64,000 nucleotides of DNA from a virus (Duplodnaviria > Caudoviricetes), in the IMG/VR virus record IMGVR_UViG_3300021400_001580, positions 25,281 through 89,280 of that record. One strand, 5' to 3'. Numbering within the stretch: position 1 is the first letter of the stretch; the number at the start of each line of letters is the position of its first letter. The notes under the pieces were generated by a model. That model was given only the letters and a program-made list of their open reading frames with translations. It made no database searches and was not told where the DNA came from. Shown here piece after piece: positions 32,047 to 41,057 of the stretch. A program made the position numbers and the translations under genes.

Positions 32047-32425
32047 TCCACTTCACCTTTCTTTTGCAATGTGGGCAATAGTCCTCTCCAGCAGGTAGTT
32101 TCTCAAGACAATACCCGCATACCAGCCATTGTCTGAACCCATGTTTACTCATGCGCAGTTTTGGCCTTACAGACTCCTGCTCTTTCCTCCGTGGAGTAGG
32201 CTCCAGCTTAGTCGGAATCCTTAATGGATTGATTTTCTTCACGTCTTCCATAGTCAAAGTATGCGGCGTTCTCGTCTATTCTTGGAGCAATGTAAGAGCA
32301 TCTCTCATTAAATCCGCTTTGCATTCCGCTCTGGAAACGAGATTCTTGTACTCATATGGACATCCCTCTTTGCAACCATTGATGCAGACTTCAAGCCATT
32401 GCATCACTTTCTCCCTGTCAGGCAT
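32039..32425 (-). CDS. Zn-ribbon paralog (128 aa, 1 TAG read through)
   Basis: RBS GGAGGTG + MPDREKVMQWLEVC...DALTLLQE[TAG 32276]TRT... joins track ORF 32039..32257 ending CGYC...YCPHC. Confidence 0.7.
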
Positions 32426-32579
32426 CGGCGCTCACCTCCATCTCTGTTCCAGTTTGAAATTCATCGTCCCGAACTTCCGCTTTTTCAGATAGTGCCATGC
32501 AAGCGCAACCAGCCCGCAAAACAAATTTTTCTGTGGATAGAAGAACGGCTGTCCCTGACAGGTCACAACAACCACCCAC

Positions 32580-32792
32580 TCAGGCATCCCCGCTCACCTC
32601 CTCCGGTTGTTCCGCGACTGTCTTCACCGCTAATAAAATCGCAGCAAGCTCAGCTTTGGTGAAGTCTGTTTTTCTCACACGCACTTCAGATACCGTGTTC
32701 GTTGCTGTCTCCATCGTCTGCGGAAGCGAAATGACTATTCGGTTTCTATTTTTTTCATATGTGATTGAATATTCATTACAGGTTACTATCAT
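32580..32792 (-). CDS. Hypothetical protein
   Basis: Track ORF with RBS; GC-richer codons. Confidence 0.6.
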   Translation of the reverse strand: MIVTCNEYSITYEKNRNRIVISLPQTMETATNTVSEVRVRKTDFTKAELAAILLAVKTVAEQPEEVSGDA

Positions 32793-32842
32793 CTTCGGCT
32801 ACTCTCCACTCAAATCCTTTGATTACCTGCTCTATGTTAGCA

Positions 32843-33097
32843 TCAATTGGTTTCATTGTTTTTTACCATCCTTGCGCGAACAATGTCAGCTGCTTCATAA
32901 ATATTGTCTGCCTGTACTTTGTATCGGACCTGGTGGCAGCACGTACAAGTGAATAACCATTCGTGTCTAATTCCATCAGGCGCACTGGAGAAATCAATAA
33001 TTTTATTTTCAAAAACGCGCATCAAAGCACCGCACGCGGGGCAACTAATATCACTTGAGTGCCTAACATTGACTGTTTTCATTCTACTCTGCCTCAA
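32843..33097 (-). CDS. Zn-ribbon (Lar-like) hypothetical protein
   Basis: CPACG...CTCC. Confidence 0.6.
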   Translation of the reverse strand: MRQSRMKTVNVRHSSDISCPACGALMRVFENKIIDFSSAPDGIRHEWLFTCTCCHQVRYKVQADNIYEAADIVRARMVKNNETN

Positions 33098-33378
33098 TTC
33101 ATTAAAATGTCTTTGGCCATCTGCAAACCGCTACATAGACCTATATGTTTTTGTAGTGCTCCTGTTCTACAAACAACAATTTGAGCTTCTGTAATCTGTT
33201 TCAACCACTTTAATTTCTGTTCTTCTTGTTCTGTCAATAGCGCAAGGGCATCATGCGCGAACATTTTGATTTCATCCTCGGTGTATTCATCAAATGCTCT
33301 GCTCGGCGCGACGTAAACTTCATTTAGCCAATTTAAAGCACAATGTCTATCCATTTCTTTTGCTGATTCAAGCGTCAT
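33094..33378 (-). CDS. Hypothetical protein of the 'DALALL..Q' paralog family
   Basis: HDALALLTEQEEQ. Confidence 0.65.
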   Translation of the reverse strand: MTLESAKEMDRHCALNWLNEVYVAPSRAFDEYTEDEIKMFAHDALALLTEQEEQKLKWLKQITEAQIVVCRTGALQKHIGLCSGLQMAKDILMN

Positions 33379-33382
33379 TCTT

Positions 33383-33568
33383 TTACCGATCCTTCTCTTC
33401 TTTTAACATTTCAAATATCTGACAAATGTGTTTTGCGTTAATGCCTATTCCCTTTGTCACATCTGTTAAAGCCTTTATATCCTGTTGATTTTGATATGTT
33501 CCAAACGCAGAATACACGGATAAAACAGTGACCAATACAATCAAAATAATTACTGCTATCATTCTCAC
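33383..33568 (-). CDS. Small membrane protein
   Basis: N-terminal hydrophobic helix; promoter TTGACA-17-TATAAT at 33588-33616. Confidence 0.6.
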   Translation of the reverse strand: MRMIAVIILIVLVTVLSVYSAFGTYQNQQDIKALTDVTKGIGINAKHICQIFEMLKEEKDR

Positions 33569-33601
33569 TTCACCAATTTTTTCTTTTATTATAGCATAAT
33601 T

Positions 33602-33970
33602 TTATTTACTTGTCAAATGAAAAATTGAATTATCACGTTTATCTGTGACCGCTCGTAAATTTAATTCCACGTCTAAAGAGAAGCTATCTACACAAGAAAG
33701 TTCAGGGTTGCCTTCCCATCCTCCATAAATGCTAGTTGTATCATTTGTCATTTGCATTGTTTGAAGTACTGGTACAGCTAACATACTAAGATATACTTCT
33801 TTTCCGTTCATATTTTTAATATTATTTGGTAATTTGAAAATGAAATTCGCGGCTTCACCAGAAGCTAAATCTATTTCCGTCATATTGATATTCTTTGTGC
33901 CACAGAACGCACACTTCGGCGCAAAAATATCAAGGGCAGCACCACAATTACAACAATTTGTTTTACTCAT
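33602..33970 (-). CDS. Zn-ribbon hypothetical protein
   Basis: RBS GAGGAG + MSKTNCCNCGA...CAFCG. Confidence 0.7.
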   Translation of the reverse strand: MSKTNCCNCGAALDIFAPKCAFCGTKNINMTEIDLASGEAANFIFKLPNNIKNMNGKEVYLSMLAVPVLQTMQMTNDTTSIYGGWEGNPELSCVDSFSLDVELNLRAVTDKRDNSIFHLTSK

Positions 33971-33981
33971 TTTAACTCCTC

Positions 33982-34219
33982 GCGGCGGTTTGCGCGCCAG
34001 CGCAAACATGCGCCGCATTTATTATATTTTTATTATATTAATTTTATTATATTTTATTATATTATGTGTGTCTTCACGACACGGATGAAGAGTGTTCTCA
34101 CGACACACCTTCCGGATTTGAAGACACACATCAAGTGTGTCTTCACGACATACCTGTGTTCTCAAAACATACATTGATAAAGTGTGTCGTGAAGACACAG
34201 GTGTGTCTTCAAAACATAC
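33982..34219. repeat. Candidate replication origin: GC hairpin + AT-rich repeats + 7 iteron-like repeats
   Basis: Hairpin GCGGCG-GTTTGCGC/GCGCAAAC-CGCCGC 33982-34016. Four TTTATTATA units 34018-34061. Seven copies of TGTGT(CTTC/TCTC)A(CG/AA)ACA(C/T)AC at ~34066, 34092, 34117 (inverted, partial), 34135, 34155, 34182 (inverted), 34201. Confidence 0.75.
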
Positions 34220-34220
34220 A

Positions 34221-34556
34221 TCACTCCATAATTTTTTTATACATAATCTTAAGATATTTATATGGCTCATATTCTAAGAAACCACGTTCAATAAGCGCAT
34301 CGCGCGCAATATTATAACGTTTATGGTCAAAATTACACGCTTTAAGAATGGTTGCTTCTGCTGGGTGAAAATCACCATTTTGCCGCTGAAAAATTAAATA
34401 GAGTAATAAAGTTTTTTGTGCGCCGCTTTTATTATCAATTTTTTGGTTGATTTTTTCAAACATTTCGGGCGCGATTTGATAAAATAAGTTCTCTTCATTA
34501 TAAGTAGATTTATCTACATCGCTCAATAATGCGAGCGCTTTCTTTTCCGCTGCCAT
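34221..34556 (-). CDS. Winged-helix protein, candidate origin-binding initiator (111 aa)
   Basis: RBS GGAGGT + MAAEKK; LLLYLIF...PAEATILKACNF...YNIARDALIERGFL wHTH-like; its stop abuts the repeat array. Confidence 0.6.
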   Translation of the reverse strand: MAAEKKALALLSDVDKSTYNEENLFYQIAPEMFEKINQKIDNKSGAQKTLLLYLIFQRQNGDFHPAEATILKACNFDHKRYNIARDALIERGFLEYEPYKYLKIMYKKIME

Positions 34557-34575
34557 AACCTGAATACCTCCTGAA

Positions 34576-34758
34576 TTACCGCTTAGCCATTTTTGTAGCT
34601 GTGGGGATTGCCGCGCGGAGTTCAGGAGTATCTTCAAACCAATATACATCATATTGTGGCTTCTTTATATTTGGAGATACTTTTATAATTTTAAATCCTA
34701 ACTCTCTTAATGCGGCCGCCACTCGCGGCATATAAATAATATAAAGTTTATCTGTCAT
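34576..34758 (-). CDS. DUF5659-like small protein
   Basis: IIYMPRVAAALRELGF...NIKKPQYDVYWFEDTPEL pattern. Confidence 0.55.
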   Translation of the reverse strand: MTDKLYIIYMPRVAAALRELGFKIIKVSPNIKKPQYDVYWFEDTPELRAAIPTATKMAKR

Positions 34759-34954
34759 CTTTCATAGCCTCTTCTATTTTATCTAGCAATTTTACCGATG
34801 GATTCTTAGTTCCTTTAAAAATACGACTTAAATGTTCCTGACTGCACCCAATACGATTCGCTGCTTCAGTTTGCGTCCATCCTTTATTATATACAAACAA
34901 TTCATATTGTTTTATAATGTCTCGTGTCAATTTTCTCACCTGCCTCAAAGACAT
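34748..34954 (-). CDS. XRE-family HTH regulator
   Basis: GWTQTEAANRIGCSQEHLSRIFKGTKNPSVKLL. Confidence 0.85.
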   Translation of the reverse strand: MSLRQVRKLTRDIIKQYELFVYNKGWTQTEAANRIGCSQEHLSRIFKGTKNPSVKLLDKIEEAMKDDR

Positions 34955-35016
34955 AATCTAGAACAAAAGAAACATGACCTATCCACTATAGAATAAGTCA
35001 TAATATTACCTTTAAA

Positions 35017-35553
35017 TTATAGTAATTCTTGCTGCTCTCTAACAAATTTTTTTACGGCATCGGCGCTTGTAAATACATATCCACTTTGATATGCCTCCGG
35101 ATTAAATAAATATGCAACCTGTTCGCGCCGCCATTTATCTTTTCTATAATCTTCAAGCGGCCATCCCAATTCAATTGCCAATTCATCATCAGGAATTATA
35201 ACTCGCTCGGCATTATTTGCAAATGGGTCAATTTTTTCCCACCCAAAGTCCTCACTATAGGTAGCCGGATAAAATTCATCCGTATCATATGTTTCATTCA
35301 GATAACCCTTCACCCTATTAAAGCAAAAGCTCCAACATTCAAACTTTCTGATTAGCGGCAAAAAGACTACGAATGAATAGCAAGATGAATCTTCCCAGAA
35401 AGGATTATCGCGCCAGTGTTCAATATCATCGATATTTCTCCCGTGAGGCACGCTAAAAGATTGGTCTGTATTATACGCGCCGACAAGAGTATCATTAATC
35501 GGAAAATTTTCAATACAATTTTTAAACGTCATATTGCACATACTCCTTACCAA
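35017..35553 (-). CDS. Hypothetical protein
   Basis: Long clean ORF. Confidence 0.7.
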   Translation of the reverse strand: MVRSMCNMTFKNCIENFPINDTLVGAYNTDQSFSVPHGRNIDDIEHWRDNPFWEDSSCYSFVVFLPLIRKFECWSFCFNRVKGYLNETYDTDEFYPATYSEDFGWEKIDPFANNAERVIIPDDELAIELGWPLEDYRKDKWRREQVAYLFNPEAYQSGYVFTSADAVKKFVREQQELL

Positions 35554-35882
35554 TCATACATTAGGAAAAGCTTTCTTGGGTCTTCATCCTCTTGCCATCC
35601 TATATATTCATCGCGTAACTCACAAAGCTGAGGCACAGTATTATATGTTCCCCAATAGTCTTTATAATTACAAGCTACTTTAATCATTTCTTCAATATTT
35701 TCCAATGATAGCTCAATGGCATCGCCGCTCTTATAGTCACGCGGGATAAAAGAGCAATTTTCAACTAAATCCCAAAATTTACGAGCGTAGAACTTTTCCT
35801 GAACCTGCGCAGATTCCCACCACTTTTCATGCTTGAAAACTTCTCTATTGCGCGCGCTATATACATACAAATCCATTCCCAT
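35547..35882 (-). CDS. Hypothetical phage protein (MGMDLY...WRK-type family)
   Basis: MGMDLYVY...YARKFW...LMYDW. Confidence 0.7.
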   Translation of the reverse strand: MGMDLYVYSARNREVFKHEKWWESAQVQEKFYARKFWDLVENCSFIPRDYKSGDAIELSLENIEEMIKVACNYKDYWGTYNTVPQLCELRDEYIGWQEDEDPRKLFLMYDW

Positions 35883-36088
35883 TATTCATTCTCCTCTTCC
35901 CAATCAATTTGTTCTCCACAATAAGGACAATAATTCCAAGATTTATAAAAACGAGCTTCTTCTACGCTTCTTCCACAATTACCACAGCAAGCGGTCGTGC
36001 CTTTAGTGGTATGCGGCCCAATTTCATCGTAATAAGGCGATTGAAGGGTATAATGTGTAAAAGTATATTCTTTAAATTTTATTTTCAT
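35882..36088 (-). CDS. Zn-ribbon hypothetical protein
   Basis: CGNCG...YCPYCGEQIDW. Confidence 0.7.
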   Translation of the reverse strand: MKIKFKEYTFTHYTLQSPYYDEIGPHTTKGTTACCGNCGRSVEEARFYKSWNYCPYCGEQIDWEEENE

Positions 36089-36270
36089 TATTCATCATCC
36101 TTTCTCACAGATTCTTTTGGTAGAACACAACGATAAGGGATGCCATCATCTGGATAAAACATTACGTTACCACCATTTTTAGCAGTAAAAGTAAAATCAA
36201 TCATACCAGATTTTCCTTTAACAGGAGCGATTGGATTGTCTTCAATTGCTATGCCATGCACTTTTTCCAT
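36088..36270 (-). CDS. Hypothetical protein
   Basis: RBS; promoter TTGACT-16-TATAAT at 36303-36330. Confidence 0.6.
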   Translation of the reverse strand: MEKVHGIAIEDNPIAPVKGKSGMIDFTFTAKNGGNVMFYPDDGIPYRCVLPKESVRKDDE

Positions 36271-36446
36271 TAATTTGTCATCCTTTCTCTTTTTCTATAG
36301 TAATTATAACATAAATTTAAGAAAAGTCAAATAGGAGGAGTTGAAGTTTCAACTCCCCTTATTTTATTTCCATTGAAAATAGTCAATTACTTTCCATATA
36401 AGTACTGTTATACAGATAATGATTGTAATTATAATAATTACATCTT

Positions 36447-37709
36447 TCATACTTGCTTTTCCTTTAATATGAGATTAAGTATAATACCTACAATCATGGC
36501 TAATGCAGTTGTACCGATACTTACAATTCCAAAATTACAAACCGCACCGGAAACACCAAGTGTTAAGACAGCTGCGATAATAGTAACATTCTTATTATTA
36601 TTTAAATCAATATTACTATCTTTAATAGTGCGAATACCCGATAGAGTAATGTAGCCATAGAGAATGGCTGCGCAACCGCCAAAAATGGCGCTTGGAATAC
36701 TTACAAGGAAGGCTTGAAGAGGACCAATAAATGCGGCAATACCCATAATGATTGCAGCTAATGTAATCACATATTTAGAACAAATTTTACTAAATCCAGT
36801 GGTGCCGACTGACTCCCCGTAACTGGTGTTCGGGGTCGCGCCAATTAGAGTGCCAAGAGCTGTAGCTGCACCATCACCCATTAGAGTGTGTCCAAGGCCG
36901 GGCTTTTGTGTCAAATCAGTTCCGATAACCGCACTTAGTGCCTTGTGGTCTGATGTATGCTCACAAATTGTAACTAAGCTTAGTGGTAGGAATAGTAAAA
37001 GAATCTGTGGCAGATAACTCCAATCCCAAGTTCCAAAATGTAAGAAGGCAAAATCAGGTAGCTGAAAAATCTTTACACCATTAAATACGCTAAAATTAAT
37101 AATTGGTACTCCACAAACTGTTAGAATTGCGGCGAAAGCATATACAATTAGAATTGCTACAAGGAAAGGTAGATTCTTAATAAATCCTTTTCCATAGTGA
37201 GAAATTAATGCAGTAATAATAAGTGTAAGCATACCAAGTCCAAATCCAATTAGACTATACTGTCCATTAATTTGGAAATATGTAGGGATAAAAGTTGCAA
37301 GGTTCAGACCAATAACTGCTACGATTGGGCCTATTACAACTGGAGGTAATACTTTATTAATCCAAGCAGTACCGAAATGATTGATTGCTAGACCCACCGC
37401 GAAATATACAATACAAACAATTAGGCCGCCAATAAATACCGCAAGATAGTTAGGCGCAGTTCCAAGTGCTAATGCACCAAGTACGGCTGCAACAAATGCG
37501 CCCGAAGAGCTAATAAACATTGGTGATTGGCCTTTAGTAAATAGCTGATATAACAGTGTGCCTAAAGCAGCGCCTAACATAGCTGGTGCGATAGGTACTC
37601 CACAAATCTGTGGAATTAGTACAGTAGCAACGAAACAAGCAATTACCTGCTGCATTGCTGCGACAAAGAGCCTCTTTGCAGGTAGCTTATCATTAATTCC
37701 ATATAACAT
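36447..37709 (-). CDS. uraA: Nucleobase:cation symporter-2 (UraA/PyrP-like uracil-xanthine permease)
   Basis: Many TM helices; AMQQV, SSGAFV, PPVVIGP, EHTSD, PNTSYGESVGTTG NCS2 signature. Confidence 0.9.
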   Translation of the reverse strand: MLYGINDKLPAKRLFVAAMQQVIACFVATVLIPQICGVPIAPAMLGAALGTLLYQLFTKGQSPMFISSSGAFVAAVLGALALGTAPNYLAVFIGGLIVCIVYFAVGLAINHFGTAWINKVLPPVVIGPIVAVIGLNLATFIPTYFQINGQYSLIGFGLGMLTLIITALISHYGKGFIKNLPFLVAILIVYAFAAILTVCGVPIINFSVFNGVKIFQLPDFAFLHFGTWDWSYLPQILLLFLPLSLVTICEHTSDHKALSAVIGTDLTQKPGLGHTLMGDGAATALGTLIGATPNTSYGESVGTTGFSKICSKYVITLAAIIMGIAAFIGPLQAFLVSIPSAIFGGCAAILYGYITLSGIRTIKDSNIDLNNNKNVTIIAAVLTLGVSGAVCNFGIVSIGTTALAMIVGIILNLILKEKQV

Positions 37710-37714
37710 AATAT

Positions 37715-38077
37715 TTACCTCTTTCCTGAATTAGTATAAGTTTTAGGAGCGTTTATCCAATCTCCTGTTAATGAATCCTTATAATCACTACCGCCCACTA
37801 CTGGAGTTACATTTGTAGCATGTATGGTAGGGTCTGGATGAGCGTGAGAAGTGTCTGAAGTACAAGTAATTTCTCGCCACCATGGTGGATATGTCCAATC
37901 TGATGCATTATTTCGAGAACAATCACATTGCCTTACCCATGGAGCATTAATGCGGCCGCAGCGAGGACATTCCCAACCTTGCTCTGCTTTAGGCTAAGTA
38001 TATGGACAATGCCAAGTTGTACTTGTGCCAGCACCTGTCGTTGTGTCTCCAACCTAAACTTTATTATCTACTGTCAT
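37715..38077 (-). CDS. Hypothetical protein with GWECPRCG motif (120 aa, 2 TAG read through; absent from track)
   Basis: MTVDNKV[TAG]VG...PYT[TAG]PKAEQGWECPRCGRINAPWVRQCDC...TAA 37715. Confidence 0.7.
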
Positions 38078-38080
38078 ATG

Positions 38081-38629
38081 TTACCTCCAATCAGATATTG
38101 TCTCGACTGAATTTTCTTTAAATTCATTTTCGTGTTCTTTAATAAATGCAATAGCGTCATCAATATTGCTAACAAGAATGCCACCTTGCTTAATTAGACC
38201 AGTAACATAAAGATTCTGATAGCTATATTGCTGTTCTCCTAATGAAGCGGCACCACCCTTATCCTTAGCTTCGCTATGTGTTAGAAACATTTGTCTGTTA
38301 TCAGTGCAAATACCAACAATATATTTATGGTCGCCGCGCTCAATCTTCTCATGAAACTTACCGATTTCGGCGCAAGTTCCACTAGGCAGTACGTCGCCAT
38401 CAATACAGGCGATGAGAATATCGGTTTTATTTAGCCGAATGTTGTCTCCATTTGCAATTTCTTGGGAACCCGCAAATTTCTTTTTTCCTTCCACTCCATT
38501 GATATCTGTATTTTCAACAGGAGAATATAGATCTACTTCAGGAATAGCATCACGAATTTTTTTCGCCCATTCAGTATTACGCAAAAGGTCACCATAAGTA
38601 AAGATTGGGCCAGCTAAATAAATTCTCAT
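38081..38629 (-). CDS. Nucleoside 2-deoxyribosyltransferase family protein (second copy)
   Basis: MRIYLAGPIF...LYSP...DNIRLNKTDILIA..DG...SGTCAEIG. Confidence 0.88.
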   Translation of the reverse strand: MRIYLAGPIFTYGDLLRNTEWAKKIRDAIPEVDLYSPVENTDINGVEGKKKFAGSQEIANGDNIRLNKTDILIACIDGDVLPSGTCAEIGKFHEKIERGDHKYIVGICTDNRQMFLTHSEAKDKGGAASLGEQQYSYQNLYVTGLIKQGGILVSNIDDAIAFIKEHENEFKENSVETISDWR

Positions 38630-38800
38630 ATTAATCCTCCTTATGCGTCAAATCCCAAAGTATATCATACATTTCGAGTTTAAACCCCTCAGGCTGCTCT
38701 TCTAGCGGTAGCATCCACCAAGCGAGTCCTGCGTCTGGATGACGATTAAAATACTCATCAATCATCTGTTCATAAAAATTTTTCATATTATTCCTCCTTA

Positions 38801-39103
38801 TTAATCTAACGTTTCAAGAAAGTAATGGATTGCATCTTTACGTCCATTTTGATCTAAATAGTTTAATGCTTTCTCGTAATATTCATAGTATAAATCACCA
38901 TAATAATTAGATAACTCATTATTGTTATTATGATAATGTTCCCAGCATTTATGGTTTATAACCATTACTAGTTCCGTTAGATATTGAATATCATCCTTCC
39001 ACTCTGAGAATGCCCTCGCAGCCGTATCTTTAATTGCTGCCACACCAAATTTTTCAGCAATTGTAAAATCGCTCCAAAAGGTAGTTATATAGTTATAGCA
39101 CAT
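38801..39103 (-). CDS. Hypothetical phage protein
   Basis: TTFWSDFTIAEKFG...YLTELVMVINHK; promoter at 39129-39157. Confidence 0.75.
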   Translation of the reverse strand: MCYNYITTFWSDFTIAEKFGVAAIKDTAARAFSEWKDDIQYLTELVMVINHKCWEHYHNNNNELSNYYGDLYYEYYEKALNYLDQNGRKDAIHYFLETLD

Positions 39104-39190
39104 ATCATTTCCCCTTTTATTTTTTCTTATTATAACATGAATTTAAGAAAAAGTCAAATAAAAAAAAGAGGGGCGCTTTCGCGCCCCATT

Positions 39191-40408
39191 TTAATCAAGT
39201 AGATCTGCACATGCAGCAACTTTACTACGTTCTGTTTTCATTAATTTTACCATTCCAAATAAAGGATTCCCAGCCAAGCGTTCAATTAGTCGTGGAATAC
39301 CGCTCATTTTCTCATCCTTATAATCGCACTGTCGAATATCAGCACAGAAAATAATTTGACTGCCTTCTGCAACCCTTCCTAGTAGTAACTGAATATTAGA
39401 GATCAGCAGGTTCTCTGCTTCATCTACTAATATTAAACTATGCTTTAGATCGCGGCCGCGCAAGGTAGAAAGATGCGCGGGTTCAATTTTGCCATCGGTC
39501 AAATACTAATCAAATAACTGAGGGCCTAGATGATCTTCGATTTGCCGAAGCCACGGATATTGCTTATCAATTTCATCACCTGGTAAAGTACCAAGTTTTC
39601 CGGCTCCTTTCACATCCAAATTATTTTTAACAAAAACAATTTTATCATATTTGCCCTACATTAGCTGATTAGTGGCCCAAGTTTCTGCGAACATTGACTT
39701 ACCAGTTCCAAAATGACCTATGCATAATTTAATTGGTACTTCATCGTTCTATAATAAATCAAGATACATCTTTTGTTCTAGATTACGTGGACGAATGCGC
39801 TCTCCAGTTGGGGCGACAAATTCTTTATACTTTATATTTCTATACTCTTCTCCAGTCCATACTAGTATATCCTTTAATTCCGACCCTACATAAATTTCTG
39901 CAAATTCATTGGTCTGACACTTAAGAATATTTATTTTGGGATCAGAATATAACATGGCCATCTCTGACTCGTTAGGGTAATATTTACCCCATCCACTCCA
40001 CAGTTCGACCTTATCAATATTTTCTGAAGGCTTTATCGCAATCAGATGTGGTAATTGAGAAGCAAATATGTACTGTAATACATCATTCGTCACAAATGTG
40101 ATTTTTTGATTTTGTTCTTTAGCATAAAGTTCAGCCGCGAGTAAAATTCTATGATCATTGATATTCTGTAAAAATGAATAATGCTTTAAGTTTTTATCAA
40201 TTTTTCTATTATCTACGCTAACGATATGAATATTACCATTATGAAGAATAGCGCGCGTTGCTGCACGAGCTCGCGCCTTGACTTCTTCACTATGGCTATT
40301 GGATGTTTTGATATTTTCTAGTTCCTAAACAGTAATTGGACTTATTAGAACATCTGTGTCAAGATTTACTGTCTATCCAAGCAATGCAGACGTATCTGCA
40401 AAATACAT
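39191..40408 (-). CDS. phoH: PIN-domain + PhoH ATPase (PhoH2-like), 405 aa, 5 TAG read through
   Basis: PIN: ADTSALL, SPITV[TAG]ELENIK, NDHRIL, FVTND. PhoH: PRNLEQ, Walker A GHFGTGKS (between TAG 39749 and TAG 39656), LGTLPGD, LRGR, VDEAEN. Confidence 0.9.
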
Positions 40409-40410
40409 AA

Positions 40411-41022
40411 TCATATTTCATCACCATCTTGGCCAATAATCTTATCTACCATATTAAATTGTTTTAATTCATCAGCGTTCATGAACCATTGATGCCGAGA
40501 ATGCGATTCATAATCTTCTTCAGTAATATTTGTATTAGTAATTAAGAAATTTTTAATCTGTTCATCAACGCGATCATTAAATGCCATAATATCCGCGGCG
40601 GTCTTAGACTCTTGTGCCGCTAATGCTACATAACCATCATGAATTAGACCGTATGAGCATGGGAAACAATAACGTACTACATTCTTATTTTTCCCTCCAG
40701 CCGCAAGCAAGACGGCCGCCATGGAACAAGCATAGCCAGGCACAATAATATTTAATGGTTTAGAATAGTTAGCAATATAATATGCTAGGAAGAAGCCATC
40801 TGACACTGAGCCTCCGCTACTATTTAATATTAGAGTTACCGGAGCAGTATCGCTATCTAATTCAAAATCGCGTAGTGGCAGATAGACTTTTTCTACAACA
40901 GATTCTTGTACATCATCATTAAAAATAATTGTGCGATGGTTTAATAACTAATTAAAATACTGATAAGTTACTGGGTCAAAACCAGAAATTTGTATGTCAG
41001 TAAATAGTTCGTCTAAATCCAT
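40411..41022 (-). CDS. clpP: ClpP-family protease (203 aa, 1 TAG read through)
   Basis: RTIIFND, LNSSGGSV, ACSMAAVLL (Ser), LIHDG (His); RBS GGAGG + ATG 41022. Confidence 0.85.
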
Positions 41023-41057
41023 AGTGCCTCCTATCTTATTAACAGTAGTTAATAAGC

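Noticed and set aside
34066-34219. CRISPR array
   Set aside because: Repeats are degenerate, in mixed orientation, with 0-15 nt irregular gaps rather than unique ~30-nt spacers; no cas genes in the window
34022-34270. 82-aa ORF across the repeat array
   Set aside because: No RBS; its sequence is simply the translated repeats and AT tract. Kept only as a possible frameshift extension.
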